Origin: Lepidodermella squamata
Lineage: Eukaryota; Animalia; Gastrotricha
Length of the DNA stretch: 64,000 nt
NCBI GenBank assembly: GCA_047495785.1
Contig: JBLDXI010000001.1
Span: 4,092,001 to 4,156,000, forward strand
Direction of reading: 5' to 3'
Shown one piece after another: positions 1 to 11,118 of the stretch. The first letter of the stretch is position 1. The number at the start of each line of letters is the position of its first letter. Under the pieces are notes generated by a model, which saw nothing but the letters and a program-made list of their open reading frames with translations, ran no database searches and was not told where the DNA came from. Position numbers and translations under genes: made by a program.

Positions 1-581
1 TTTAATTTTTGATTATTAGAAATCAACCTGATTTCTGATATTCGACTTACCACATTCTGACATGATTATATCCTGCGATCTACCGGAGGAAATTTCAGGC
101 TCGCTATCGGTATTTTACCCGGTCGGACCAATTTTCTCCGGTTTTTTATTCCAGCTAGCAAGAAGTTTCATTTTTGAATAACATTTCCATTTTGATTTTG
201 TTTCTGTACTGAAAAATGCGCTTTGGACTGCTTAATTGACCGACCTTTATTAGGCCAGTTGTTATTCATATTTTTGTACTTCCTAGTAAAATCCATGTCA
301 TCTGCTAATCAGGAGTAATAATATCCCTTGATTTGTACAAATATTAGTTTCATTTTTTTACAGTTCGATCATGAAATAATGTGACATCGCCTCTCTATTT
401 AGGCTTTCTCACCCCCCTCCTGTATTTTCTTGCTGCCCGAGCGTAGCTAGAGTGTGGCGGTGGCTTACGGTAAGCTCCACCCACCGCGCGATGGCTACGG
501 CTACGCTGTGGCCATTCACGGTTATGACCTCGCGCGCACTATTTTATTGCACCTAGCGGTACTTTTATTTGCTTGCGTTGG

Positions 582-661
582 CCAATGGCAGTCGCCCGCC
601 ACACAGCGGGCGGAGCTTAGATGGTCTATATAAGGAACCGAAAACCTCATAATGACCAGTT
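582..661 (+). promoter_or_regulatory. Putative Pol II core promoter of the helicase gene (CCAAT, GC boxes, TATA, Inr-like)
   Basis: CCAAT 582-586; CGCCCGCC 593-600 and GGGCGG 608-613; TATATAA 627-633; Inr-like CCAGTT about 30 bp after the TATA start. Canonical order and spacing. Confidence 0.55.
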
Positions 662-1026
662 GCTGAATTTCAGTATTACTGAGAGTTATGGGTTTATAGT
701 TGTAGAGTTGTAGAGTTGTAGAGTCATCTTACCCACTCGCAGTATTAGGTGCGATGACTTGGTCTTCTCGACTGCGATGGTTAATTATAGAATTGTAGAG
801 GGTTTCATCCCAAGTCCTCGGGACTTGTATATTTACACAATGGAATGAAAGAGTAAGGCGAGTGATGACTGGTGACTCATTCAATTATACTTTCTCTTTC
901 TTTTTATCTCCCTCCTCTTTGGGCTATTACTGTAGCTTTTATCTATTAATTTTACTCCCAAACAATTTTGTCTTATTATTTAGTATTACTTATTAGGTAA
1001 TTTTTATCAAAACTTCTAAATAAAAA

Positions 1027-2301
1027 ATGGCGTTTGGCATGCCGCAAGTGGAGTTGACCGTTTTCAATAACAGCGCCAACCAGCTGTGGTCAGGAATCGA
1101 TAACATGCCAGGTGGGCACAGCCTCCGCAGTCATCAAATTGAAGCCCTGAAAGAAATCAAATACCATTTCCAATCGACATCATCCAACGTTGCCCTCGTT
1201 GTCATGCCGGCTGGAGCTGGCAAATCTGGCGTAGCTGTTTTAGCGCCTTACGTACTGAAATGCTGCCGCTGCTTGGTCATCACACCTTCCCGCACCATTT
1301 CGCAACAACTTTACCGCGATTTCACGGGAGATACGGATCCTAGGACTGCTTTTCTATTTCGGACCAAAGTCTACGGGTTCCCGGACGGAACGCAATGGCG
1401 CTCGATTCTACCCACGTGTCGGAACATCAAAGCCGCGAGTCATTTGCGGCAAGCGATTCTGGAAGAAGCGCCCCTTGTTATCACGAACGCTCACAAAATT
1501 GGCGGAAGTAACGACAGCAACGCCAACTTGAGCATCGACGACATAGCTAGTAATTTGTTCGATTTGGTGATTGTCGACGAGGCGCACCATTATCCGGCTA
1601 AAACTTGGCGACGGATTGTTGATCACTTCGGAGACAGCAAGAAAGTTTTCCTCACGGCTACACCCTTCCATCGTGAGAAGAGAATTCTTCCGATTGATCA
1701 GCAGTGTTTTGAAATGACCATCCAACAAGCCATTGATGCGGGTGTGATTCGGCCGATAGCATTTTTCAACATCGAAGATGATCAGGATCCTGCTCAATCG
1801 ACCGCTAAATACGTGGCCCAGTATCTCGGTATTCATGACAATATCGACCCTAGTGTGGTTCACAAGGCTTTGGTGGTTTGCCAGGAGAAGGAGGCACTCA
1901 ACCCTGTGACTGACATGGTGCAAGCTTTTGAAGCGATCAACTTCCCATTTGCTGTATCCAAATACCATGGCGACTTGACCACCAACGAACTGGACCAAAT
2001 CATGGACAGTTTCAAAAGTGGTCAAATCCGAGTCCTGATAGTTTGCGGCATGTTGAAGGAAGGTTTCGATCACAATCTCATCAGCGTCGTTGCGATCTAT
2101 CGCAACATTGCCAAGTCGAGCCGGGTGTTTTTCGAGCAAGTTCTCGGGCGAGCTGTTCGGAAGGCTTCTCCGACCGATCCTATCACTGCTGTTGCCATGG
2201 CTCACAAGAAGTTCAAGCAGATGGAGAACTTTGACAGCTTGTTCGGTCAGCAGGCCACTGTTCCCGATGATGAAGATGAGTTGGACGACGACGACCAGTG
2301 A
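1027..2301 (+). CDS. Intronless SF2 helicase, ResIII/Irc3/UvsW-like (two RecA domains), 424 aa
   Basis: Q-motif LRSHQ, Walker A MPAGAGKS, Ia LVITPS, Walker B VDEAHH, III LTATP, V LKEGFD, VI QVLGRAVR; acidic tail; AATAAA near 2460. Confidence 0.9.
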   Translation: MAFGMPQVELTVFNNSANQLWSGIDNMPGGHSLRSHQIEALKEIKYHFQSTSSNVALVVMPAGAGKSGVAVLAPYVLKCCRCLVITPSRTISQQLYRDFTGDTDPRTAFLFRTKVYGFPDGTQWRSILPTCRNIKAASHLRQAILEEAPLVITNAHKIGGSNDSNANLSIDDIASNLFDLVIVDEAHHYPAKTWRRIVDHFGDSKKVFLTATPFHREKRILPIDQQCFEMTIQQAIDAGVIRPIAFFNIEDDQDPAQSTAKYVAQYLGIHDNIDPSVVHKALVVCQEKEALNPVTDMVQAFEAINFPFAVSKYHGDLTTNELDQIMDSFKSGQIRVLIVCGMLKEGFDHNLISVVAIYRNIAKSSRVFFEQVLGRAVRKASPTDPITAVAMAHKKFKQMENFDSLFGQQATVPDDEDELDDDDQ

Positions 2302-2568
2302 CGTATTGAGTCTTTGCATGACGGCAAAATTCGTGCTGATCTTGATTTGACTTTTTATCTTCCCTTTTTCATTAAAGTTTGCTTTGTCATTAAAGACGCC
2401 TAAATTTGCGCATGACTGTTTTCATTCATTCAAACTTGCCAATTTTATGCTCGTTGGTCAATAAAACAATTACTGTTCAAAAGTCAGAGTCTTAATTTTT
2501 TTATAATTTACTTCACTTTCACAATATTTCACAAAACATTGGATGCAAGACCCTTTTTGTCACTTTTC

Positions 2569-4431
2569 TCAAGCCTTTTGATCAGATTCCCTCTTAGCCT
2601 TCAACTTGCTAATCGACATTTCAAGGTACTCGATAACTGCTTGGTGGGAGAATCTAACGGCTTCATCCATCGCCGTGAAACCGAATCGGTCCTTGGCCGT
2701 AATATTCTCAAGCGACAGATGACATTTCGTTATCAGAAACTCGACAACTTCTAGTTGCCCCTCGGCTACGGCGACGTGAAGAGCTGTCCTGCCGTCGTAA
2801 TCAACCGCGTCGCATAACTGCAGACCTTGGCCCATAATTTTTTTCAGAGCCGTTATGTCGCCATTCCCGGCGCAGAAGAGCGCGTTCGAAATTAGCGACG
2901 CTCGATAATCGATTTGCCGCAAGCGGGGATCCAATTTTTGATGCGTGCTTTTTACGTTGTCATAGTTATGAAATTTAAAAACTTTAACGAGTTCCTAAGA
3001 AGATAACTATTGATCGTGAATTTGAAAGAGCGAAATGTACCTCGCAAAACTGAATTCCTCGTACTGAGTTTCCAAGATCATCTAAAGGCGGTGACCAGAC
3101 GCAAATTCCGAGTAAATTGGGTACTACGACCATAATCGCGCCAGAAACGCTTGATTTAGCTGGTATGCCGACCTTGAAGGCGAATTGACCGCTGTAGTCT
3201 TGCATGCCACACGAATGCATTAACGATAAGGTATTTCGAATTGCATCGCCGCTCAGAACGCGATCTCGCTCATCAGGTAGTAGCGGGCAGTTTCCGCCAT
3301 TGGCTAAGGTTCCGGCTATAACTGCGGCAGATTCGCATGTAACCTCGATAGAACAGGCTTGGAAGTAAAGGTCTAGGGTGTCGGCTAGTTTTGCGTCAGG
3401 CGGGAATACTTTATTCTCCCGAAGATAATGGCCGATTGCGAAATTACGGTCGGCTGATTCTCGCTCGGACAAAAACTGGAGGAAAAATTATGTTTCAATT
3501 TCAAGTCTTCAATAGGATTTTATGAGGAGCCCAATACCAAAAAATACCAGTATCAGTTTTACCTTGGGGCTCTGTAAAACTTTAAGAGTTTCGTAAATAA
3601 GGATTACCATTGAGTTGCTGAAAGAAATGTGTTGATATCCAGCCATTTTTTTGATTTGGTTGAAAATGTAATCGTAGCGATCCGATACAGACTTGATATC
3701 ACGGGCCTTTCCATGAATCAGTGACATAACAGCCAAAGCTCCAGCAGCGATCAAAGGATTATGTGGTTTCCTACTTTGGTCAAGACTTAGCTCATTGCTG
3801 ATTCTTCCAGATGGTTCCCGACCAACGTAGCCATGAACTTCCTCCGTTGACAGCTCATTCAGGACCAAGGCGTAGATCAATGGCTGACAAAGTCCTTGTA
3901 AGCAAAAAGTAACCTGCGAATCGCCGGCCGAGAACCGTTGGCCATCAACGGTACAGATCGAAATGCCCCATAATTCAGGGTTGAAGCGAGCTAAAGGCGC
4001 AATGTAGGATGCAACTTCGCCCTTTTTCTTCATCGAACGGCAGCTCTCGAAAATTTCTGTAATTATGCGGCAAAAGTTGTCGAATTCTGGTATGATGAAG
4101 TCTTCTTTCATAGCTCGAATGATGATCTCATGGTTATCTTGAACGCAATCCATGAACTGCTCCTCGGTCAGCTGGGGCTCTTCGTCACCAGAGTCATCGT
4201 CGTGGCCACTTTGAAGGAACAAAGCGCGTTCGAAAAACCTTTGCAGCCTAGGATCGTCTTTCCGCAAGCCATTCATCATGATAAGCTAAAAAGTTCAATT
4301 CGAATGGTTAATTAATACAAATTTAGCTGATCGTTCACCTGGAAAAATTGGCGCAGGTAGATGACGTTCTTTTCAGGATCAGCCAATAGGCTGAAGCCTT
4401 TTTTAAGGGTCTCCATATCTTTTTCCTCCAT
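2569..4431 (-). CDS. GLS-like: Glutaminase-like protein (KGA type with C-terminal ankyrin repeats), catalytic residues substituted; exons 4431-4339, 4285-3608, 3475-3041, 2994-2569
   Basis: [88 protein letters not shown]; GT-AG introns keep frame. Start codon uncertain. Confidence 0.92.
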
Positions 4432-5092
4432 TTCCCAAAACGTTAATGAAAAGATAAAGCCAGATGAAGCTGTTACTTTTACATCTTACTTGGCCTTACT
4501 GCGGCAACTCCATTCGCCGAATAGCCCCAAGGCTTGCGTTAAATAGAAATTTCTTTCAAAGGCTATGATCCATTTATGACGCTTAATAAAATTGATTAAA
4601 ATTGACACAAAATGCCCTTGTGACTATTCTGCCAACTGCGAGTCTTATAGCTTATAGGTAACGAATGCGAAAAATTATCGCGGAAATTAATAGGAAGCGC
4701 TAAAAGTTTAGCAAAATTTCCAACATCTTCGGTCTAATGTGCAATTTATTCTTCTCAAGATCCCATGAGTTTTAATAGAGTATACAAATCTGTCGGAAAC
4801 CTAAAATTACTCAAAAATTGTTCTTCGAGCTTCGAGGCTCATTTCGGTAAGTTACAACTTTACCCGTAAAGTTCGTGAAGAACAGAAGATAATATGTAGT
4901 TTCCATACAATAACGAAATTATTGAAAAATTATTGAAAACGTTTTGCACTGGAATGAGACACAATTTAACATCGAGATCCACAACACATATAAAAACTCG
5001 GCCAAAATGATAAAGCCAACGGATTCAGCAAACTTTTCCGAAATCCAATGCACTGGTCGGAGAAGTGAGTCGTTTGCTGAGTCTAACCATCT

Positions 5093-7619
5093 CTATCTGC
5101 CACTTGAGCAAGAAACGACAGACGCCTTCCCGGGTCGAGTTGAACCACTTGCAGCACTGCCGGTACTCCCCACGCTTCGAACATGCGCAGGTTTGAAGCC
5201 ACCAGTTGTGGTGCGAGGACGAATTACCGGATCGACTTTAATTAGCAAACCAGCAGCCATTACGCTAGCATTCATCGCGACAATGCAGAATACCAGAGAT
5301 GCGTGCAGCCTGATCAGTGCCTCATTACTCGAACCGACAATCAAAGAAATGAAAACGCCAGCGAAAATGATGGTCAACAAGATGAAAATTGATAGAGAAG
5401 AGCGATGCATTTCAACTAGAAGACGAGGGTCGACATCGTAGCTGTTTTTGAAGCGCTTAATTACAGACTGAACTTTGAATGACAACAGTGTTGCTGATAG
5501 TAGCAAGATCGCTACCGTGGCTAAAGCAATAGTTGCGAAGACGATAGATACTGTAGATTGAACGATTGACTCAACCACAGCACATTCTGTAGTCTCATGT
5601 TGATAGGCCAAGCTTACGTCAGAGCTGGAGATCACGTATTCGAGTTGCACCTTCCTGGTGAATATTGGCTGGAAATAGAGCATAAAGATCACCATTGCAG
5701 GGGGAATGAAAATCAGAAATCTCGACCAATTTACCCTGCATCGCTTTCTACCTCTAATAGCTTTCAGCATAAGCAGAGCCCGGTATAACTTTTCCTCAGA
5801 AAACGCGAAATAAATTGATAGACCAATCACAGTGAGAATGACGGAAATAGAGCACCGTAGACTTGGGTCCGGATCGACTTTGGTTGGATTCGAAAAAATG
5901 CTGGTAAGCATTACTGCATCTCCAATGAGGATCCAAAAGTCATACATTGCAAGCGGGTATTCGTTTTTTCGTCGCTTAATTCGAATCCCAACAGCCAGAA
6001 GAGCTAAGACACAGATTAGCACTGCACTAATGCAGAACAAAGTTGTGCTGACGCTTAGTTGGATGATCGGTTGTTGCTGAGTCACCACAACAAGTTGGTC
6101 TTTCGGCATCGACCCGTCTAACGTTGACCATTTCAGTTTGTTGCGATAGATTACTGTCCTGTCTGGTTTTTGATTCGACTTGTAGTAACCAATGACCTCC
6201 TGATAACTAGACTGCCCGTCACCACTCATTCGCGTTTGGGTGTAGACGATTGGCATCGAGCCATTCGACCAATCTTTCGCTAGATCGTAACTCCACTCCC
6301 CCTTGATGCCAGTCAGAGAGACACGGCCTATAGCAAGCTTCATTATTCTGAAAATTTCATTTGGGTTGCTCATGAATTTTGGCGAGTTAGTCGTCCAATC
6401 GGCGAGTGTTTCATTCCGCTCGTTCAAAATTGACTCAGTTATATTGAGAATAGCCCCCATGATGATGCACTTGTCGTAGTAAGCTGGGACCCAATAGTCC
6501 ATTCCTATGGCTAGCTCTGGTTTCTCCACGCCTGCATTGACCGTTTGCACAAAATCATCCTTTGTCAATCCCGTTGTACCTTTGAAAGCCGGGCCGTAGA
6601 TATCGGAAAGAGGGGCGTCGCCGAAGAAAATTATGCTGGGCATGACATCAAGGATCATCTGCCGTGTACACCACTGGGATACAGAATCCGGCACCGGGAT
6701 ACTTTGGTCGAAATTCCATGAATATCCGATGATTACGTAGCCAGGGCCATACATGCCGTACTTCCTCATGTAACACACAACGGTTATAGCGTTGATTGCG
6801 CAGTTGAGGAATATTCTCGGTTCACGTTTTTTCATTTCGGAGAAAGTCGATTCCATCTCATATTCGTTATCCGCTGCCTCACGGAACTTAGCCATATAAG
6901 CCAGGGTGATGTTATTAGCCTCTAGGTTGTCCAAGTGATACTGCTCGCCATTTTGGTTGTACGAATTGGTATCTGTGATCAAAGCCACCCGGCTCCAACC
7001 CATTTTTCTCACGAATTCCGCGACTGAAATCATGTAGTAGTCTTGACGCTCTCCGAACGAGATGTAGTTGGGAAATTTCTCTCTTTTCCAAAATATTTCG
7101 GGCATGGGGTAGGTACTTGTCCCAATCATGCCGTAGGTGTTCATGAGATATGCGGTAACCATCTGGCTAGTCATAGCGAATTCAGCGAGGCCCATCAGTG
7201 GGAATCTGTTTGAAACCTCGTTATTCTCTAGCAACTTGGCCATCAATCCGCCAATCAAAGCAGAATCCTCAGCCTTTGAAATATATTAAAAATCAAATGA
7301 AAAATGCAATATTCTTTATGAGATTCGAACTCACTGCATCATCGAATATCTCAAAGTCGACTCGATAATTCGGGAGCCAGTTCGATTGCGCATGTAGCCA
7401 GTCCAGGGCAAGTTGTTGGCCGATCAAAACAGTCGGACCAAGGAGTAAGAAAGATATAGGCGTGATGATTTTTATAACCTTCGATCGGCTTGCCTCTGCG
7501 CTTTTGGCTTGTTGAATCTTGGGCAATTCCATGCTCCACGATAGCAACACCGTTTCAGTAGCATTGAATTCAAAGGCTTCGGAGAAGCTGAGAAATAATA
7601 GAAAAAGGATATTCATCAT
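5093..7619 (-). CDS. Class C GPCR, GABA-B-like (signal peptide, Venus flytrap, 7TM, no Cys-rich domain); exons 7619-7335, 7273-5093
   Basis: Signal peptide MMNILFLLFLSF; WLPNYRVDFEIFDD; GWSRVALI; YGMYGPGYV; W-x5-PKD linker; seven hydrophobic helices with TM3 Cys (SLRCS) and ECL2 Cys (TECA); 61-bp in-frame intron. Confidence 0.85.
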
Positions 7620-8541
7620 TAAGCAAAGTGAAATGAAAGCGCCGGGCAATCGCGTTTTATATGCTTCACGGATAAACCGGTTATCATTCGTCGTGAGTGC
7701 GCCTTGTTTGTGAAATTTCCTGTTGACATGTAACGAAGCTATCTTCATAAAAGTTTGTCTTCAACAAACGATCATGCTTCCTGTCAGACGACTCCTTGTC
7801 TTCTTCCCGCTCTAACAAACAAGTGACATATCGGACCCACGTTGTCTTAGGTTTCGCACTCACTTGCATGTGCTTCGGAATAAGCCTACAGCCTACAATC
7901 CTTGTCTCATTGACCCAGTTGTGTTTGTCTCTCGAGCGGAACTAGATAATATTTTAAATGCGATAAAAAATTGCAGAAAGCTGCTGCGTAGATCCGTCAA
8001 CATCAAAACACCTCGGAACTGTCGTATCGTCGATTTTTCAGCCACGCAACAGGGTGTCACTCTGTACCTATTTAGCAGTAAGTGCGTCTCGCAAGAGTGG
8101 CCCATAACACGCTTATTTACGCTGAACGGTTGCCAATAATTAAGACGAAAACGGAGGGAACTTGAAAATTGAAATTCTGAAAACTTAAAGCAATGATTTG
8201 CAAAAGCTCACAGCCTAATGACTGAACAATTTAAGATGGGAGGCCATAGCCATGGCCAGCTATACCCAAAGGAATATTGAAAATTAGATGTATTCTGTTT
8301 ATTCTGTTTATTACCTCTGTTTATTCATCGTAAAAATAATCATTAACATGTTTCTGAAAGGTTAGAAGAATGAAATAGGCCGCATCGCAGATAGATGATA
8401 ACCTTAACTAATACAAAGCTTCCGAACCTACAATGTTAACAAAAAAGAAGTGCCACACAGAAAAGGCAAGGGAGAAAAGGCCCATATCGTTTTTCGTTGC
8501 GTCACACAATTGGGGTGACTACGCTCTAATCTTCTTCTTAT

Positions 8542-9828
8542 TCAGCTGTAATAAGGGCCCTCTCTACAACTGCAACCAGGCGGCAACCAGTCCGAAGTGC
8601 ACATGCAGCGATTCGGCCGAACGCATGTGCCCCCATTTGCACAACCCGATGCGCATATCGCTGGAATAAAATACGCGATTATAGTGTGAGAGAAAAAAAT
8701 CACTGAGTTTACGAGTGTCGCACAAGGTTCCTGTCCATCCTGAGCCACACATGCAAGCATTGAGGCTGCTGCACTTGCCGCCGATGCCACAACTTGGGGT
8801 GCATATAGCTAAAAAAATTCCGAGGTGATGGTTAGTCAATTGATATGAAAGCTTGAGCCTACGCGTTTTGCAATCCCAGCCAGTCCAGCCCGCTAAGCAC
8901 GTACATTTGTAACCACCGACACGAGACAGATCGCCGACGCAAGATGTCGGCTGGCAATTCGCGGGACAAGAAATTCCTTTTTACGTATCAAACACAGTAT
9001 ATACATATATTCTTTTTGATTCGACAGTAGTACCGCTAATTGTGAGGCAAATATCCCTCAGCGCTGCGAGCTGTTGCTGCGTCAGGGCTGTTGAATGCAT
9101 GGACCAGCAGGCTAGTTTTGAGTTAGTCCAGAAAAACGGTTGCGTTCTTAGTAGAGAGTAAGTGTCAAAAGCAATCACACTTCATATAAAAAGTTATACC
9201 TAAGAGCAAATTTCAGACTGGGGTATACGGAACTGCTAGAATAACTAACAGGCACTCCAGCGACATCATCACAGCCTCCGTATGAGAGACCCGCAATCTT
9301 GTTAAAAGACATCGAAACGAAGTGCCATTTTACAAGGTCGTTGCATGAAAACTGCGCATATGCAGGTGTCGGATTCGTGCATGCAATTATCAGCTGTCTG
9401 GTCGTATTGTCGTCGTTAGACGATAGATTCATCCGCCACAAATGAGCTCCGACCAGCGATCCGGCGTAAAATTCAACAATTGGGCCTAAGCTAAGACGGC
9501 TTCCAGGCAGGTAGAAGCCAGCTATGGTATAAGATGCATTATAAGCTGAACCTGGTAGTCCATTTACGGAAATATAACTGGTAGTGTCAATGCGATTTAG
9601 TTCGTATGCACTGTCAGCCAACCCAGTTGGACCGGGTACGGGAAAAATGTTAGCAGACGACATTGCGCAGTTGATACCATTCTTGGATATATCTCGGCAT
9701 TGAAAAAGAGGGTTCATAGGCCACAGAGCGACGAGATTCGGGAATGTAAGAGAGAGATAACCGATTACATCCGGAATCGCACCGACAATCTGCGGCAGCA
9801 GTACTACAACCAGCTGAAATTGTAGCAT
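8542..9828 (-). CDS. Secreted protein with LamG/ConA-like domain and three C-terminal EGF-like repeats (about 5 exons)
   Basis: Signal peptide [11 protein letters not shown]; [24 protein letters not shown] (LamG/pentraxin-like); EGF exons [52 protein letters not shown] joined by short introns. Confidence 0.75.
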
Positions 9829-11118
9829 ATTCGAAATACTATAATCCCTATAATTAATGAAAGAGGTTGTTCGCAACTTAAAGAAAATACTCAGACTTGA
9901 GAGTATTATTGCTCCTTATAAATAATCAGAGAACAGAGAGAATGTATATAAAAAGGTCAATCAAATTTTGAGCCAGATCACCCGGAACAATCCCTTTGTA
10001 TTGGTTATCCAAGGATGCCTAAAAGCGTCATATAAACGATAAAGCGCTTGAGGACGCCTATGAAAAATAATATACGGTTCTACCAGTTAGGCAAATCATA
10101 CAACATCCATTCACCTGTTAATAGAAGCATATAATAGCAAGCGCGTTAGTGTAGCTTGCGGTTTCAACTCCGTCTCCATTCAGTTCTATAGCTCATCGGG
10201 ACAATCGGGACGGCCGACCATTGCGCTCGGATTTAGCAGACCAACCAAACTACCGATGATCCTGCGGGAGTTTTGACTGTAAAGATTTCTTTGATGTGTT
10301 CATTTATTCGAAAAGACCTATCGATCAGACTCAGATCCCAACCATAGATAAAGGTTTTAACCTTCATCTATGATCCCAACAAATGAATCGGATCCCAACA
10401 AATGAATCGTTTGATCGCCTGGCACCAGCGGTGAAAAAAGCCGCCGTATGATCTTGCGAGTACAGTGTCACCGTGGCATGCGCCCTTTGATCCTGCAAAA
10501 CCTAATCTCGCTTCTAGCTTGCCATGATTTCAGCTCCACGTATTGGTTTTTTTTTATCGGAGATTATTTCTACTAACTCAGTCTTTTGCAGTTTTGTCAA
10601 TCTTCCATCGTTTCATGAATTTTTGGTAAAGCCAATAACGAAGCTGGTTTTAGCCTCCATTAAATATTTATTGTTTTTAGCTTGGAAGGAAGTCGGTGCT
10701 GCTATACGGAATGCGTGTGCGGGCAAATTATTTGGTGGACAATACCTAGAACGTAAAATATTGCAGATTTATTTTTGTGTACTAGTCCGGGCTTCCCGGT
10801 AGAATTATAGGGGCTCGTGCCGTAAACTTGAACTTTCGTAATATACGTAACATTGAATCGTCCAGACCCTATAATCCCGCGACTTTTCATATATCAGGAC
10901 ATTTTTGAGAGTTTGTAATTTTCATGCGGATTATGCAAAATGAGCTGCTATGAGGCTGCAAAAATGATGCAAAAATGATGCAAAATATCAAATGGTTTAA
11001 GGAAAACTGATGGATACCCATCAATCGATCATTTTCAGAATAGGTTTCACAATGTTCTCATTTAACTATATCACCTTAAGGTGCGAAGTCAATGGATGTT
11101 TCGACAAATCAATACCCC

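Noticed and set aside
1408-2319. 303-aa antisense ORF
   Set aside because: Shadow of the helicase coding strand; no motifs.
10372-10409. GATCCCAACAAATGAATC repeated twice, and other short tandem repeats, as CRISPR-like arrays
   Set aside because: No spacers, eukaryotic context; simple slippage duplications.
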